From a virus, in IMG/VR virus record IMGVR_UViG_3300036851_000321, positions 1 to 64,000 of that record: DNA of 64,000 bases. One strand, 5' to 3'. A program made the position numbers and the translations under genes. Of this stretch, positions 8,384 to 17,659 are shown piece by piece. The first letter of the stretch is position 1. Every line of letters starts with the position of its first letter. Under the pieces are notes generated by a model. It did no database searches. It worked only from the letters and a program-made list of their open reading frames with translations, and was not told the DNA's origin.

Positions 8384-8836
8384 TCACGAACCCATCACCT
8401 CGAGCACCGAGCGGTACTTCTTGCTCTCCGGACACACCACCAAGTGGTCGAGCAGGGGAAGGCCGACCGTCTTCGCCGCCGCCTGGAGCGCGCGCGTCAT
8501 CCCGATGTCCTCGCTGCTCGGCGTCGGATCGCCGCTGGGGTGATTGTGCGCGATGATGAGCGCACTAGCGTTGGCGACGATCGCCCCTCGTAGTGCGTCG
8601 CGCGTCGAGAGCGCGCACCCGTGAAGTCCGCCGCGCGCAATCATCTCCGCCCCAGTGACGCGGTTCTGCCCGTCGAGATAGAGCACGTGGACCTCCTCGC
8701 ACGGAAGGTTCGCCATGCGCTCGAAAAAAATCTCCGCAGCGTCGTCGGCCGATGCCGCCCGGGGGGGCGTCGTTCCCTCCGTGCCAGCATCGCGGACGAG
8801 GACGCAGCGGACGTTCGGCACCATGAAGGCGCTCAT
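8384..8836 (-). CDS. radC: RadC-like JAB domain protein
   Basis: EEVHVLYLDGQN, IIAHNHPSGDPTPSSED, LLDHLVV. Confidence 0.9.
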   Translation of the reverse strand: MSAFMVPNVRCVLVRDAGTEGTTPPRAASADDAAEIFFERMANLPCEEVHVLYLDGQNRVTGAEMIARGGLHGCALSTRDALRGAIVANASALIIAHNHPSGDPTPSSEDIGMTRALQAAAKTVGLPLLDHLVVCPESKKYRSVLEVMGS

Positions 8837-8947
8837 GACGCCACCGCGCCCAGCGTCGCCAGTCACTCGTGATAGATTGCTCATCGTCGAAGTCCTCTCA
8901 ACCAGGGTTTCGGCCTGAGCCCCGGACGTTTCAGCGTCGCGGGGCTC

Positions 8948-9000
8948 GTTCGATTCAGCATCGAACAAATCAACTCTAACGGACCACCTAGGCGTTTCAA
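8948..9000 (-). promoter_or_regulatory. Sigma70-like promoter with palindromic operator upstream of radC-ASCH
   Basis: TTGAAA (9000-8995), 16 nt, TAGAGT (8978-8973); GTTCGAT-N5-ATCGAAC at 8948-8966. Confidence 0.45.
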
Positions 9001-9102
9001 AGCCTTTTGCCGGCTTTTTCGGCGATTTATGCCGACGCATGAAACATGCGAGTTGCCGAGTCGACCGAAACAATAGGTCATGTACCGTTGCCCCCGCCTC
9101 CC

Positions 9103-9516
9103 TCACCGGAGCGCGGGGGTTTTCTTTTGCGCCCCGTCATCCAGCGTGATCCTGATCCAGTCGCTCCGGTTGCGGCGTGACCGTGCGGCGGCAGCGTCGT
9201 ACTTTGCTAGTCGCTCCGGATCGACCGTGATCGTGATCTGCTTGGTCACGCGCCGCCCGCTAGGTCCGCTCGGCCTCGGTAGCTCAGCAGTGCTCGGCAG
9301 GGCAATCCCGCGCTCGACGAGCCGGTCCGCGTAGGCCGCGCGGAATGCCCGCTGGTCCACGCCCGATTCGGCCATCGTCGGCACCCATGGCGCCTCCCGG
9401 AGTGCCTCGCGACGGCTGAGCGGCTCCTTGCGTGTCCGCCGCTTGTCGGCCGCCGACGCCGCGAGGGTGAGGGCGGCCGAGGCGAGGTCGAGGCGTGCAG
9501 AGGGTACGGCGCTCAC
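9103..9516 (-). CDS. CopG/RHH domain protein
   Basis: KQITITVDPERLAKYDAAAARSRRNRSDWIRITLD. Confidence 0.75.
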   Translation of the reverse strand: MSAVPSARLDLASAALTLAASAADKRRTRKEPLSRREALREAPWVPTMAESGVDQRAFRAAYADRLVERGIALPSTAELPRPSGPSGRRVTKQITITVDPERLAKYDAAAARSRRNRSDWIRITLDDGAQKKTPALR

Positions 9517-9719
9517 CGCTTGCGCCTCTCGGCGATTGCGTCTGGCTCTACCGCCTCGCCATCAGGCCCGACGAACCTGACGCCGTTTCTCCGCTCGACC
9601 GTGATCTCGATCACCTCGCCGCCAACACGCGCGAGTAATTCGTCTCCGTCGTGGCAGGCCGGGAACGTCTTGGACGGGCCGCGGTCGTCGTCGTCAGGGA
9701 TGACGTGCCACAGGGTCAT
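9513..9719 (-). CDS. Hypothetical early protein
   Basis: 4-nt overlaps with both neighbours. Confidence 0.55.
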   Translation of the reverse strand: MTLWHVIPDDDDRGPSKTFPACHDGDELLARVGGEVIEITVERRNGVRFVGPDGEAVEPDAIAERRKR

Positions 9720-9950
9720 CTTTCGATCGTCTCCAGATACGCTTCGATCACGGCGCGCGCCTTACGCCGAGCGCTCTCCGATGAATCAGAGCGAACGAGC
9801 ATCTGGTAGGCTGCGACCACGGCATGCTCACCGTCCTCGACGGAGGTCGTTGAACGCACGGTACATGTCGTCGTGCTCCGGGCCTGGCATCTCCCGCGCT
9901 TCACGATACCGCGCCTCGATCGCGTCGAGTTTGGCGGTCGCGGCGGTCAA
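9716..9950 (-). pseudogene. Small gene with probable +1 frameshift
   Basis: Coupled TTG start at 9950 and coupled stop at 9716 are in different frames; removing one base at 9842-9843 joins MTAATAKLDAIEARY...NDL to VEDGEHAVVAAYQML. Confidence 0.4.
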
Positions 9951-10276
9951 GCGACCTTCTCCCAGCGTGATGCCGCGTAGACCCATTTGATGCCGTCCCT
10001 GAAGTGCGCCACGTCCGAATAGATCTCGGCGTCTGCGTCGTCGCACTGGTCGATCCGGTCGAATAATGCGCCCTTCTTGACGAGCTTCACTTCCCAGATC
10101 CCCTCGTCGTTTTTCCCGTACCGCACCGCGAGCAGCGTTCCGTCGCTCACCACGATCAGGCACGATGCCGGGTCGTCGCCGTCATCACGATCCGGCGTGT
10201 GGTAGCTGACCTCGCCGCGATAGTCGCCCTCGAACTCGATCAGGTCGTCGCTCGCTCCGTAAATCTTAGTTTCCAT
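9947..10276 (-). CDS. Phage hypothetical protein
   Basis: METKIYGASDDLIEFEG...SDGTLL; TGATG coupling. Confidence 0.65.
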   Translation of the reverse strand: METKIYGASDDLIEFEGDYRGEVSYHTPDRDDGDDPASCLIVVSDGTLLAVRYGKNDEGIWEVKLVKKGALFDRIDQCDDADAEIYSDVAHFRDGIKWVYAASRWEKVA

Positions 10277-10908
10277 CACCGTTCCTTCCCATCCGTTGTC
10301 TCGGGGGCTTTCGTCTCGCGTTGCCGTAGTAATTCGGCGCCGCGGTCGAACGCAGATGCAACGGGTCCACGATCGGGAATGCCGTCCTCTGCGTTTCCCC
10401 AAATGCGCATCGCGCGCACGAGATCGCTCACGGTCGCCAGCGCTTCGTCCCGCTCCCTCTCCAGCTCCTCCACCCGTGCGCGTTCGGCGGCGAGGGAATG
10501 TGCGGCTTCGCGTCGCTTCCGGCATTCTTCTGCGAGCGTACGCACCCACCTAGCATTGGCCGCACCCCATCGTTCCGCGCGCTCCGGGTGCTCGTACTCA
10601 GCAAGGACCTCTTCGTCGCTCATAGCGAGAATGCGCTCCGATTCCAGGTCGGTCGCCTCGTCGATTGTCATCTTAGGCGTAGCGAGCATGACGGTGGCGA
10701 GCTCCGCTGCTGGAAGCGATGCAACAATCGGCGCAAGCACCCTCGCCCTCCGCTTCGGATCGAGTGCCTGGAGGACGGAGGTTAGGTCGCGCTCGGTGGC
10801 GGCCTCGTATTCGTCCAGCACGCGTCGGACGAAGAGGTTCACCGCGTAGGCGATTCCGCCGCGCCATTCGGTGAACCCCGGCAACGCCTTTTCTTGGTCG
10901 TCGGTCAT
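10276..10908 (-). CDS. Hypothetical early protein with coiled coil
   Basis: GAGAGG RBS, coupled overlaps. Confidence 0.6.
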   Translation of the reverse strand: MTDDQEKALPGFTEWRGGIAYAVNLFVRRVLDEYEAATERDLTSVLQALDPKRRARVLAPIVASLPAAELATVMLATPKMTIDEATDLESERILAMSDEEVLAEYEHPERAERWGAANARWVRTLAEECRKRREAAHSLAAERARVEELERERDEALATVSDLVRAMRIWGNAEDGIPDRGPVASAFDRGAELLRQRETKAPETTDGKER

Positions 10909-11216
10909 GGTGCCCTCTCGTCCTCAGCAAGTTCCCAATCCAGATCCTTTGGCGCCGGACCCTTGATCCTCGCGAGTTCCGCCTCTAGCTCCCGAATCCT
11001 CTCCCCGCGTTCGGCTGCGAGGCGGGCGGAGCGGAGGAGCTGACTCAGGTTGTTGCGCATCAGGACGACTAGGAGCTGATCGGGGTTTTGCTTCCCGTCG
11101 AGCTTCAGCGCCATGCCAGGAACTTGGATGCCGTTGCTCATGTGCCAAGGCGCTTTGGTCGCCTCGGCCTCCTTCCGCTCGAGGTCGTCGAGGGTCGATT
11201 CGGTGATGTCAGGCAC
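10905..11216 (-). CDS. Hypothetical early protein (Ead-like pattern)
   Basis: LDDLERKEAEATKAPW...RNNLSQLL...RIRELEAEL. Confidence 0.55.
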   Translation of the reverse strand: MPDITESTLDDLERKEAEATKAPWHMSNGIQVPGMALKLDGKQNPDQLLVVLMRNNLSQLLRSARLAAERGERIRELEAELARIKGPAPKDLDWELAEDERAP

Positions 11217-11436
11217 GGGGCACCTTCTTTCCGCCTTTGCCGTCGAAGCCGTGGTTGAAAGCCGTAACGAGTCCGGCGGCATCCATTGTGATTCCCGAGC
11301 CCCTGCCGACCGCTCCCGCCAGAGCAACGAGCAGAGTCATGACGATCTCTGGATCGACCTTCCCGGCAGAGCTCTCGACGAGGCGCCCTAGTTCAAGCTG
11401 CCATTCGTCAGATTCGATGTTGGGTACCGCGTGCAT
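11209..11436 (-). CDS. Hypothetical early protein
   Basis: TGATG coupling, protein-like composition. Confidence 0.5.
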   Translation of the reverse strand: MHAVPNIESDEWQLELGRLVESSAGKVDPEIVMTLLVALAGAVGRGSGITMDAAGLVTAFNHGFDGKGGKKVPRA

Positions 11437-11987
11437 CACCCCTCCCCGCCCTGGCGGGATTCGCGTTCGGCTTTCATCGTGATTCCTCGGTGCGGCGGCT
11501 CTTTGCCCGTGGCGGCCCATGCCCGAAGGCTCGCGGCGGAAACGGCGAGCGCGTAGAGGCGCCCCTGGGCAACGTGCGCGGCGTCGGTGGAATCGTGACG
11601 CCGCATTGCAGCCTCGCGCCGGTACTCTTCGTCGAGCCAGAGCGCGGCTTTCTCCAGCACAACCCTCGCCGACCTGTCAGTCATTGGGGACTCCTCGACG
11701 AAGTAGCCGCACGACTTTTGGGCGATCCCGTAGGCTCTCATATTGTGCCGGCGGACCTCCGCATTCAGTTCGACTAGGAGGCTTTCAATCGCGGCTCGCG
11801 CCTTACCCTTGTCGCCGAGGCACCGGACGACCGCGCGCCCCGCGATGTAATGCCAGTCCACGCGCTGGCCGGATACTCTGGCAACGCGCTGGACCCACGG
11901 CTCGGCAATCCTGGAAGGCGCCGCGAAGACAAAGATCGCTTCGCCCTTTTCGTACACCTCACGGTCGCACTTCTCGCGGTCAGCCAC
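11436..11987 (-). CDS. Hypothetical early protein, possibly two fused genes
   Basis: Internal GAGGAG-N7-ATG at about 11684. Confidence 0.5.
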   Translation of the reverse strand: MADREKCDREVYEKGEAIFVFAAPSRIAEPWVQRVARVSGQRVDWHYIAGRAVVRCLGDKGKARAAIESLLVELNAEVRRHNMRAYGIAQKSCGYFVEESPMTDRSARVVLEKAALWLDEEYRREAAMRRHDSTDAAHVAQGRLYALAVSAASLRAWAATGKEPPHRGITMKAERESRQGGEG

Positions 11988-12536
11988 CTACCCACCCTCC
12001 TTCCCGCGCCGTTTCTGGCGTTCGGTCCAGAGGGCTTCGGCTTCGGCGTAAGCGTTGGCGGCCGAATTGTTGTGGTAAGTCGAGTCATCCGGGCCACCGA
12101 TGATCGCAGCGTGATTCCGCATCGCCGCCTCATCCACGAACCGCTGCCGCTCCGCCTCGTCCGGCGTCTGCCCTGAGTCCTGGCGGTCGGGAGTGGCGGG
12201 GGTTGAGCGGGCCACAGAGCAAACCCCTTGCGTCTCCACCGGGATCTTCCGCTGAGCCGAGCATGCCGCTCCGCAGTATTCGGCGCCGGGATACGCGAGC
12301 GGGTTTGTGCAGCCGGGGCGCTTGCAGTGGGGCTCTTGCTGCCGCTCGTATCGGTCTTTCCCCTCAGGTGTCATCAGCGATGTGTCGAGGCCCGGTGGAA
12401 ACAACACTGTCTCTTGCGTGTCCTGGGGAGGCGACTCGAGGATGGCGATGACCGTGTCTAACCCAGGTGGTCGGCACAGCTGCGACCAGTGCTCGCGTAT
12501 AAACTCCACCGCTCGCTTGATTCGCTCGTCGGTCAT
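11988..12536 (-). CDS. Hypothetical protein with Cys4 zinc finger
   Basis: CKRPGC...YCGAAC. Confidence 0.6.
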   Translation of the reverse strand: MTDERIKRAVEFIREHWSQLCRPPGLDTVIAILESPPQDTQETVLFPPGLDTSLMTPEGKDRYERQQEPHCKRPGCTNPLAYPGAEYCGAACSAQRKIPVETQGVCSVARSTPATPDRQDSGQTPDEAERQRFVDEAAMRNHAAIIGGPDDSTYHNNSAANAYAEAEALWTERQKRRGKEGG

Positions 12537-12772
12537 CGGCTCAGCCTCCCTGCCGCGAATTCGCGGTGAGTCATGTCGGCGGTGATCCTGGACACCTCGG
12601 CAATCGTCAGCGTGGAGCCCTTTTCACGGGTCGCCACGGCCAAGAATGCAGAGAACAGGGCGCGCCCGATCATCCCGTTCGGCAACGGCGCGGCCCGCTC
12701 AATCGCGTCGCACAATTCCGAGGCCAGCCTCACGAACTGTAACGCGTCGTCATCCGAAAGTGTTTCGGTCAT
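12533..12772 (-). CDS. Hypothetical early protein
   Basis: ATGA overlaps at both ends. Confidence 0.5.
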   Translation of the reverse strand: MTETLSDDDALQFVRLASELCDAIERAAPLPNGMIGRALFSAFLAVATREKGSTLTIAEVSRITADMTHREFAAGRLSR

Positions 12773-13018
12773 CGCCGTTTGCTCGCTTTCTTTGCGGGCA
12801 TCGGGTTGAGGATCTTCAGGACTTGGATCGCCTGGAACGCTTCGAGCCCGTTCGAGCTGAACAGGTTGCCGTCGCGCTGAGTCCCGCACGTCCGGAGGGC
12901 CGCGAGTGCGCGCTTGATTCGCGAGCGTGACGGGTCGGTGGCTCTCACGACGAGAGCCTCTCGAATGCCCACGCGAACAGGTAGGCGCCGGTCAGCAGCG
13001 TCACGATGAACGGGTCCG

Positions 13019-13207
13019 TCACTTCCGCCTGCCCTTCGCCTTCCCGCGCTTCGGGGCGGGTTGGGTTAGGCGGTAGATGCGGCGGATGTCTGAGATCGCG
13101 ACGTTCATCGGCCACTGATTAGTGGCGCCTCCGCGACACTCCGCGCGCCTGGCTCCCAGGATCCGCCGTATCTCCCTGAGCCTCTCCGTCGGCGTGCGCG
13201 GTTTCAC
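13019..13207 (-). CDS. Small basic protein (MKPRTPTERL...)
   Basis: GTGA coupling. Confidence 0.5.
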   Translation of the reverse strand: MKPRTPTERLREIRRILGARRAECRGGATNQWPMNVAISDIRRIYRLTQPAPKRGKAKGRRK

Positions 13208-13395
13208 TTCACGCCCTCCGCGATCAGCTCGGTCTTTCGGCCGTGTGGAGTCAGGCGCCGCGTGATCTTCCACTTCGTTCCGGTGGGCAAGTGTCGAAGC
13301 GCTCTCCGCGCGTGCTCCTCGTCCACGTACGTTGATGGGCCCAGATTGTTGTAGCTCTCCAATTCGAGCCGGTAGGGTCGGGTGCGCGGTTTCAC
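13204..13395 (-). CDS. Small protein (MKPRTRPYRL...)
   Basis: GTGA coupling; bounded by 16-bp direct repeats. Confidence 0.5.
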   Translation of the reverse strand: MKPRTRPYRLELESYNNLGPSTYVDEEHARRALRHLPTGTKWKITRRLTPHGRKTELIAEGVK

Positions 13396-13637
13396 TTGGC
13401 CCCCAGGCGGTCGAGAGCTTCGAGGGCTGCCTTCACTTCGCTCATGCGCCGGCTCCCGTCGGCGGTGAGAATGAACTTCCGTACCGTCGCCACATCCTCG
13501 GCCCGGGCGGATTGGAGGGCGGCGATAATCTCCTCAGCCCATGCTTGCTGACCAGTGGTCAACGGACGCACTTCGCAGCCCGGTGTTGAGAAGTGCGCCC
13601 TCAGCTTCGCCTCGATTATCTCGCGCGTGCTGGTCAT
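13392..13637 (-). CDS. Hypothetical early protein
   Basis: Coupled overlaps. Confidence 0.5.
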   Translation of the reverse strand: MTSTREIIEAKLRAHFSTPGCEVRPLTTGQQAWAEEIIAALQSARAEDVATVRKFILTADGSRRMSEVKAALEALDRLGAK

Positions 13638-13825
13638 GCCGTCTCGATCCTTCCGCGCCTGATGTGGCCGAGTGTCTCCCCGGTTCCAGCGTAGTGTCCC
13701 GGGCTGCATGTTTTCCAGACTCGACCGTCTTTCGTCTTGTAGTAGCTCTCACCAGTGGCGCAGAGGTGGTCGCTCCACGTGCTGACGATACGGTTGCTGT
13801 CGTGGTTTTCGTCGCCAGCCATCAC
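13634..13825 (-). CDS. Small hypothetical protein
   Basis: ATGA overlap with next gene, GAGG RBS. Confidence 0.45.
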   Translation of the reverse strand: MMAGDENHDSNRIVSTWSDHLCATGESYYKTKDGRVWKTCSPGHYAGTGETLGHIRRGRIETA

Positions 13826-13831
13826 TTCGCC

Positions 13832-14719
13832 TCACAACGTCGAATACAGCTCATCAGCATCCTCGGCATCCCACGGGTGTTTCGGCTTCCCCTTGCGGTC
13901 GAAATCCGCGAGGGTTTGCGTATGCTTTCGTTGCATGGCGGCGCGGCGTTCGTCCTGCTCTCGGTACCAGCGCCGAGCCCCGTCACTGTGCGAAAGCTCT
14001 CGCGTGTGGTGCTCGTTGTGCTCCCGGTACGGATCTCGCCCCGGCGCGGGAGGCTGAGTGGAGCCTCGCAACGCGTCGCCCGAAGGCGAAGCGTCTGCCG
14101 TCTCACGATGGGCAGCATCCACAGAGACCCCGGCCGGGGCGAGTTTTGATTGGCGGGCGGCGATCCGCGCGAGGACGATCTGCTTGCCCGTAATGCCGCA
14201 CGCGTTGCACTTGTCGCCGTAGTTGCAAAGGTCGGTGCTTCCACACTTTGGGCACTCGTCAGCGGCGGGGAGGCGGCGGAGGGTTTTGCGGCGGGTGATT
14301 TCGGCGTCCACGTCTTCAGCTGAGCCGTGGCGTCCGGCGTCGCAGTACCACGCACGATCCTCGCTTGGCTGTCCCGGAATGTAGTGAGGACCTGAGCCGC
14401 GAAAGTGAACGCCAGCTCCGGCGTTTCCACAGAGACGGCACACGCAGTCGCCCTCGTACAACCGGTCACCATCCGGCAACGGATCGCGGACGGCGGCGTA
14501 GTAGGAGGACCAGGTAACCCACTCTGGCTTGATCCGTGCCGGCCTCTCCCCGCCTTCGCGATCATCCCGAAGACCAATGCCGATCCATCTGTCGGCGTCG
14601 TTGTCCCATTCCGCGTCCTGAACCAGGACGCCCTTGTCGTTGCTGCCGATGCCACAATCCCACCGGGTGCCTTTTGGCAAGACACGGGGAGGCGGACTCG
14701 GCGGCTTGTTTTCGCTCAT
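13832..14719 (-). CDS. Hypothetical zinc-finger protein
   Basis: CRLCG, CPKCG...CNACG; GGAGGG RBS. Confidence 0.6.
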   Translation of the reverse strand: MSENKPPSPPPRVLPKGTRWDCGIGSNDKGVLVQDAEWDNDADRWIGIGLRDDREGGERPARIKPEWVTWSSYYAAVRDPLPDGDRLYEGDCVCRLCGNAGAGVHFRGSGPHYIPGQPSEDRAWYCDAGRHGSAEDVDAEITRRKTLRRLPAADECPKCGSTDLCNYGDKCNACGITGKQIVLARIAARQSKLAPAGVSVDAAHRETADASPSGDALRGSTQPPAPGRDPYREHNEHHTRELSHSDGARRWYREQDERRAAMQRKHTQTLADFDRKGKPKHPWDAEDADELYSTL

Positions 14720-14722
14720 GGC

Positions 14723-14992
14723 CTAGCCCTCCCCTTCCCGAAGCGCCCCCGCTGGCAAGCACTCCTTCACGTCGGCGCTGGCGTCTGCAAGCAGAGCCTT
14801 CCGCTTCGCCTCGTACTTCGCCTCGATCGATTGCGGCGTCGTCAGGAGCTCGGCGTCGGTGTCGCGGCGGAGCTGCTCGAGGCGTCGGGCGAGCTTCGCG
14901 GCGAGGGTGTACTTGTCGGGGGCGGAACGTTGTTTCGGGTCGGGCGTCGGAGTGGGGGTGGGTTTTGACATGGGGGTCCTTTCAGAACTCAC
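14723..14992 (-). CDS. Small hypothetical protein
   Basis: GTGA coupling to recombinase gene. Confidence 0.55.
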   Translation of the reverse strand: MSSERTPMSKPTPTPTPDPKQRSAPDKYTLAAKLARRLEQLRRDTDAELLTTPQSIEAKYEAKRKALLADASADVKECLPAGALREGEG

Positions 14993-15783
14993 GAGACGAC
15001 CTCAGAGCCATTCTTTGCGCGCAGCGCCGCCTCGAGTGAGGCCGGACTCCCTGGCGTGAGCCCAGCTGGCACGTGCGAAACGTCCTCGCCGTAGGTGTCG
15101 ATCACCTCGTCGCTCGTGTGCATTCCGAGTGAGAGCTCCGGCGAGTAGACGCGGGTCCAGAACGCGGCGGCCCGGTAGCAGAGCATCTGCTCGGGCATCG
15201 TCAGCCACTTCGAGCCGTTCTTCTTCGTCCAGCCCTCGGCGTCGGCGAGCCGCATCGTGATCAGGGTGCCAACGCACTCCTCGCCGGTTGCCCTGTCCTT
15301 GGCGACCGCGCGGCATCCCCAGTCCGCTTTCCCTTCCTCGCCCTGCCAGCGGAACCGGAGCGGCGTGAAGCGCCCGCTTGCGTTCACCGTGGCGATCAGG
15401 AACGTCGACCGCCAGCTCGGGCGCCCGTGGATGATGTCCAGGTTTTGGGCGACCATCAGAACCGAGCAGCCGATCCGGCTCGCGAGCTCGATTGCGATCA
15501 GGGTGTTCGGGATGTTGTTCTGGTAGGCCTGGGGCATCAGGCTGGACGACGCGAGCGCTTTGGCCATGCGCTGGGCCGTCGTGAACGCCTCACCGCTTGC
15601 GAAGGCCGAGATCGCTCGCCCGGGCTCCTGGGCTTCCGCGATGGCGAGCGCGGCCGGTGGCTCGACGGGTGCAGCCGGTGCCGGGTCCGCCGGAGTGACC
15701 ACCGGGAGCGGCGTCTGCTCGACGGGCGGCGCCGGATTCTCGGGGAGTTGTTGCTGTTCGGTCGTGGGTGTTCGGGGAGGCAT
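14989..15783 (-). CDS. RecT-like single-strand annealing protein
   Basis: AKALASSSLMPQAYQ..., IHGRPSW, KNGSKWLTMPEQMLCYRAAAFW..YSPE; adjacent to exonuclease. Confidence 0.75.
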   Translation of the reverse strand: MPPRTPTTEQQQLPENPAPPVEQTPLPVVTPADPAPAAPVEPPAALAIAEAQEPGRAISAFASGEAFTTAQRMAKALASSSLMPQAYQNNIPNTLIAIELASRIGCSVLMVAQNLDIIHGRPSWRSTFLIATVNASGRFTPLRFRWQGEEGKADWGCRAVAKDRATGEECVGTLITMRLADAEGWTKKNGSKWLTMPEQMLCYRAAAFWTRVYSPELSLGMHTSDEVIDTYGEDVSHVPAGLTPGSPASLEAALRAKNGSEVVS

Positions 15784-15794
15784 GTTCGGTCCTT

Positions 15795-16601
15795 TCAAGC
15801 GGCCCAAAATGGCACTTCGATCGTCTGGATTGTCTCGCTGTACCCGGGCCAGCGCCCGGTATTCATGCAGTGCGCCAGGGTGTCGATGTCACGCCGCGCC
15901 GCCTGGTACCCGCGCCCGATCCCCTCCGCGTCGAGCGTGAACGGGGCGAGCGCGTAGGGTGGCGACTTCTCGACGGCGAGCAGAACGAAGTGCTGGACCG
16001 GCATGTCGAGTGACAGGGCGGCGGAGCGGTAGAGAGCGTCCTGGACGTGGTAGTCGTACTTCGCAACGTCACGACGGAACTCGTCCCAACTCGCGTCCTC
16101 CGTGGTCTTCACGTCCACGATCATCGCAAGGGATTCGACGTAGTAGTCGAGTCGGCTCTTGCACGAGAGCCCGGTCTCCTCGTCCTTCCAGGCTAGCGTC
16201 AGCTCCGGCAGACCGTCGTGGATCATCTGCGAAGCGAGCGGGTGTGCCTTCACGGATTCAACCATCGCCGTGATGGTGAGCAGGTCGTCCATCGGCATCG
16301 CATCGAAGTCAGCGTGCGCGGCCAGCCATTCGGCCTTGGCGGCCTTCATGCCCTTGCCCGAGAACTTGGGAAGCTTGACGTAGGCAGACGCGAACTTCTC
16401 GGGCTCCAGGAGAGCCATGTGGAACGCGCGCCCAAACGCTCGGGCGGGCGTGTCCTTGTCGGGCGCCGTGCCGTCGATCCAGGCCTTGTAGTGGGCCGGC
16501 GAGCGACGGACGTGCTTCAGCGCCGAGTTGCTCACGACGCCAAGCTCTCGCCGGTGGTATTCGGTGGCTGGTAGCGCCTTGTGGATTCCGGTCTCGATCA
16601 A
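15795..16601 (-). CDS. RecE/exonuclease VIII-like PD-(D/E)XK nuclease (DUF3799-like)
   Basis: SNSALK...SPAHY, FGRAFH, E...CKSRLD, IVDVKTT, YHVQDALY, AVEK. Confidence 0.85.
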   Translation of the reverse strand: MIETGIHKALPATEYHRRELGVVSNSALKHVRRSPAHYKAWIDGTAPDKDTPARAFGRAFHMALLEPEKFASAYVKLPKFSGKGMKAAKAEWLAAHADFDAMPMDDLLTITAMVESVKAHPLASQMIHDGLPELTLAWKDEETGLSCKSRLDYYVESLAMIVDVKTTEDASWDEFRRDVAKYDYHVQDALYRSAALSLDMPVQHFVLLAVEKSPPYALAPFTLDAEGIGRGYQAARRDIDTLAHCMNTGRWPGYSETIQTIEVPFWAA

Positions 16602-16698
16602 CGTCGCCTCCCGTCCGCAACCCCGATGGCGGATGCGCACACGATCAGCAAATAGACAAGAGTCCACCAGGGATGAGCATCGATGTACGCGAACATGC

Positions 16699-16974
16699 TC
16701 ACTTGGCCGCCCTCCACCTCTCCACCAACCGCAAGAACCTCGCGAGCTTCTTCGGCTGGTTGTCTTGCGCGTAGTCGAAGGCCGCGTTGTGTGCGACACA
16801 CCGGCTGGCCTCGTCACACCGACAGAGGCTCGGCGGGACCTCCGCGTCGAATGCCATGGTCCGGTCGATCGCCCGCGCGATCTCGCCGTACTTCTCCGGC
16901 ATGTTGCGCAGGATGTACTCCTCGGCGGTCAGCTCGCGCCATCCGTCGTCGGTGAGTTTGGTGTGCTCGCTCAT
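16699..16974 (-). CDS. Hypothetical early protein
   Basis: GAGG RBS, 91 aa. Confidence 0.55.
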   Translation of the reverse strand: MSEHTKLTDDGWRELTAEEYILRNMPEKYGEIARAIDRTMAFDAEVPPSLCRCDEASRCVAHNAAFDYAQDNQPKKLARFLRLVERWRAAK

Positions 16975-17055
16975 GGTTTCCTCGCGGTCAGGCCATCGAG
17001 TGAGCCGCGCGGCCTGCCGGGGGGAAGCAGTTGCCGCGCAGCTCGCTCCATGGAC

Positions 17056-17259
17056 TCACCGCTTCCTCGCCTCCTCCAGCACAACAATCAGCGCCCCGAC
17101 CTCGTTCGCGATCCGCTCGACAATCGGTCGCACAATGCGGAGCACCGACAGATCACCCGGTGCGTCCTCGAGCAGCCCCGCGCAAAGCCGAAGCTGGTCG
17201 GCCGGCTTCATCGCCTCGATTCGGGCGGCGAGTTCCTCGAGAGTCGAGTGGGGCGTCAC
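17056..17259 (-). CDS. Small hypothetical protein
   Basis: GGGAGG RBS; helical composition. Confidence 0.5.
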   Translation of the reverse strand: MTPHSTLEELAARIEAMKPADQLRLCAGLLEDAPGDLSVLRIVRPIVERIANEVGALIVVLEEARKR

Positions 17260-17404
17260 GGCATCCCTCCCACATCCCGCCGCCACGAATCGACGGGCTT
17301 GCGATCGCGTGCCGCGAGGTGGTGCCAGTGTCGGATCACGATGGCGCGGACGATGATGGCGGCGAAGACGATGGCGGGGGGGACGAGTATCCAGAGAAGC
17401 CAGG

Positions 17405-17659
17405 TCATGGTTCGAGCTCCGGTGAACGGTGGTCGCGATCGGGTGAGAGCCGTGGCTCCACGTCCGAAAGCAACCGGCCGAGCAGCTCTTTCCGGTCATG
17501 CTGGGCGAGCGCGAGAGCCAACGAGTTGAGGGCGTCACGCGCACGAAGCACCGCGTAGTCGTACGTAGCCTCACCGGCCGCCGTGAACCGTTGGGCGTCG
17601 GCGATGGCGCGCCAGGCGTCGGCGAGGAGGAATAGGTCGAGGGGGTTCTTGTCGGTCAT
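17405..17659 (-). CDS. Hypothetical early protein
   Basis: ATGA overlaps. Confidence 0.55.
   Translation of the reverse strand: MTDKNPLDLFLLADAWRAIADAQRFTAAGEATYDYAVLRARDALNSLALALAQHDRKELLGRLLSDVEPRLSPDRDHRSPELEP

Noticed and set aside
8905-8960. Hammerhead ribozyme (CTGA...GAAA around a hairpin)
   Set aside because: Core does not fit CUGANGA spacing and stems I/III cannot be formed
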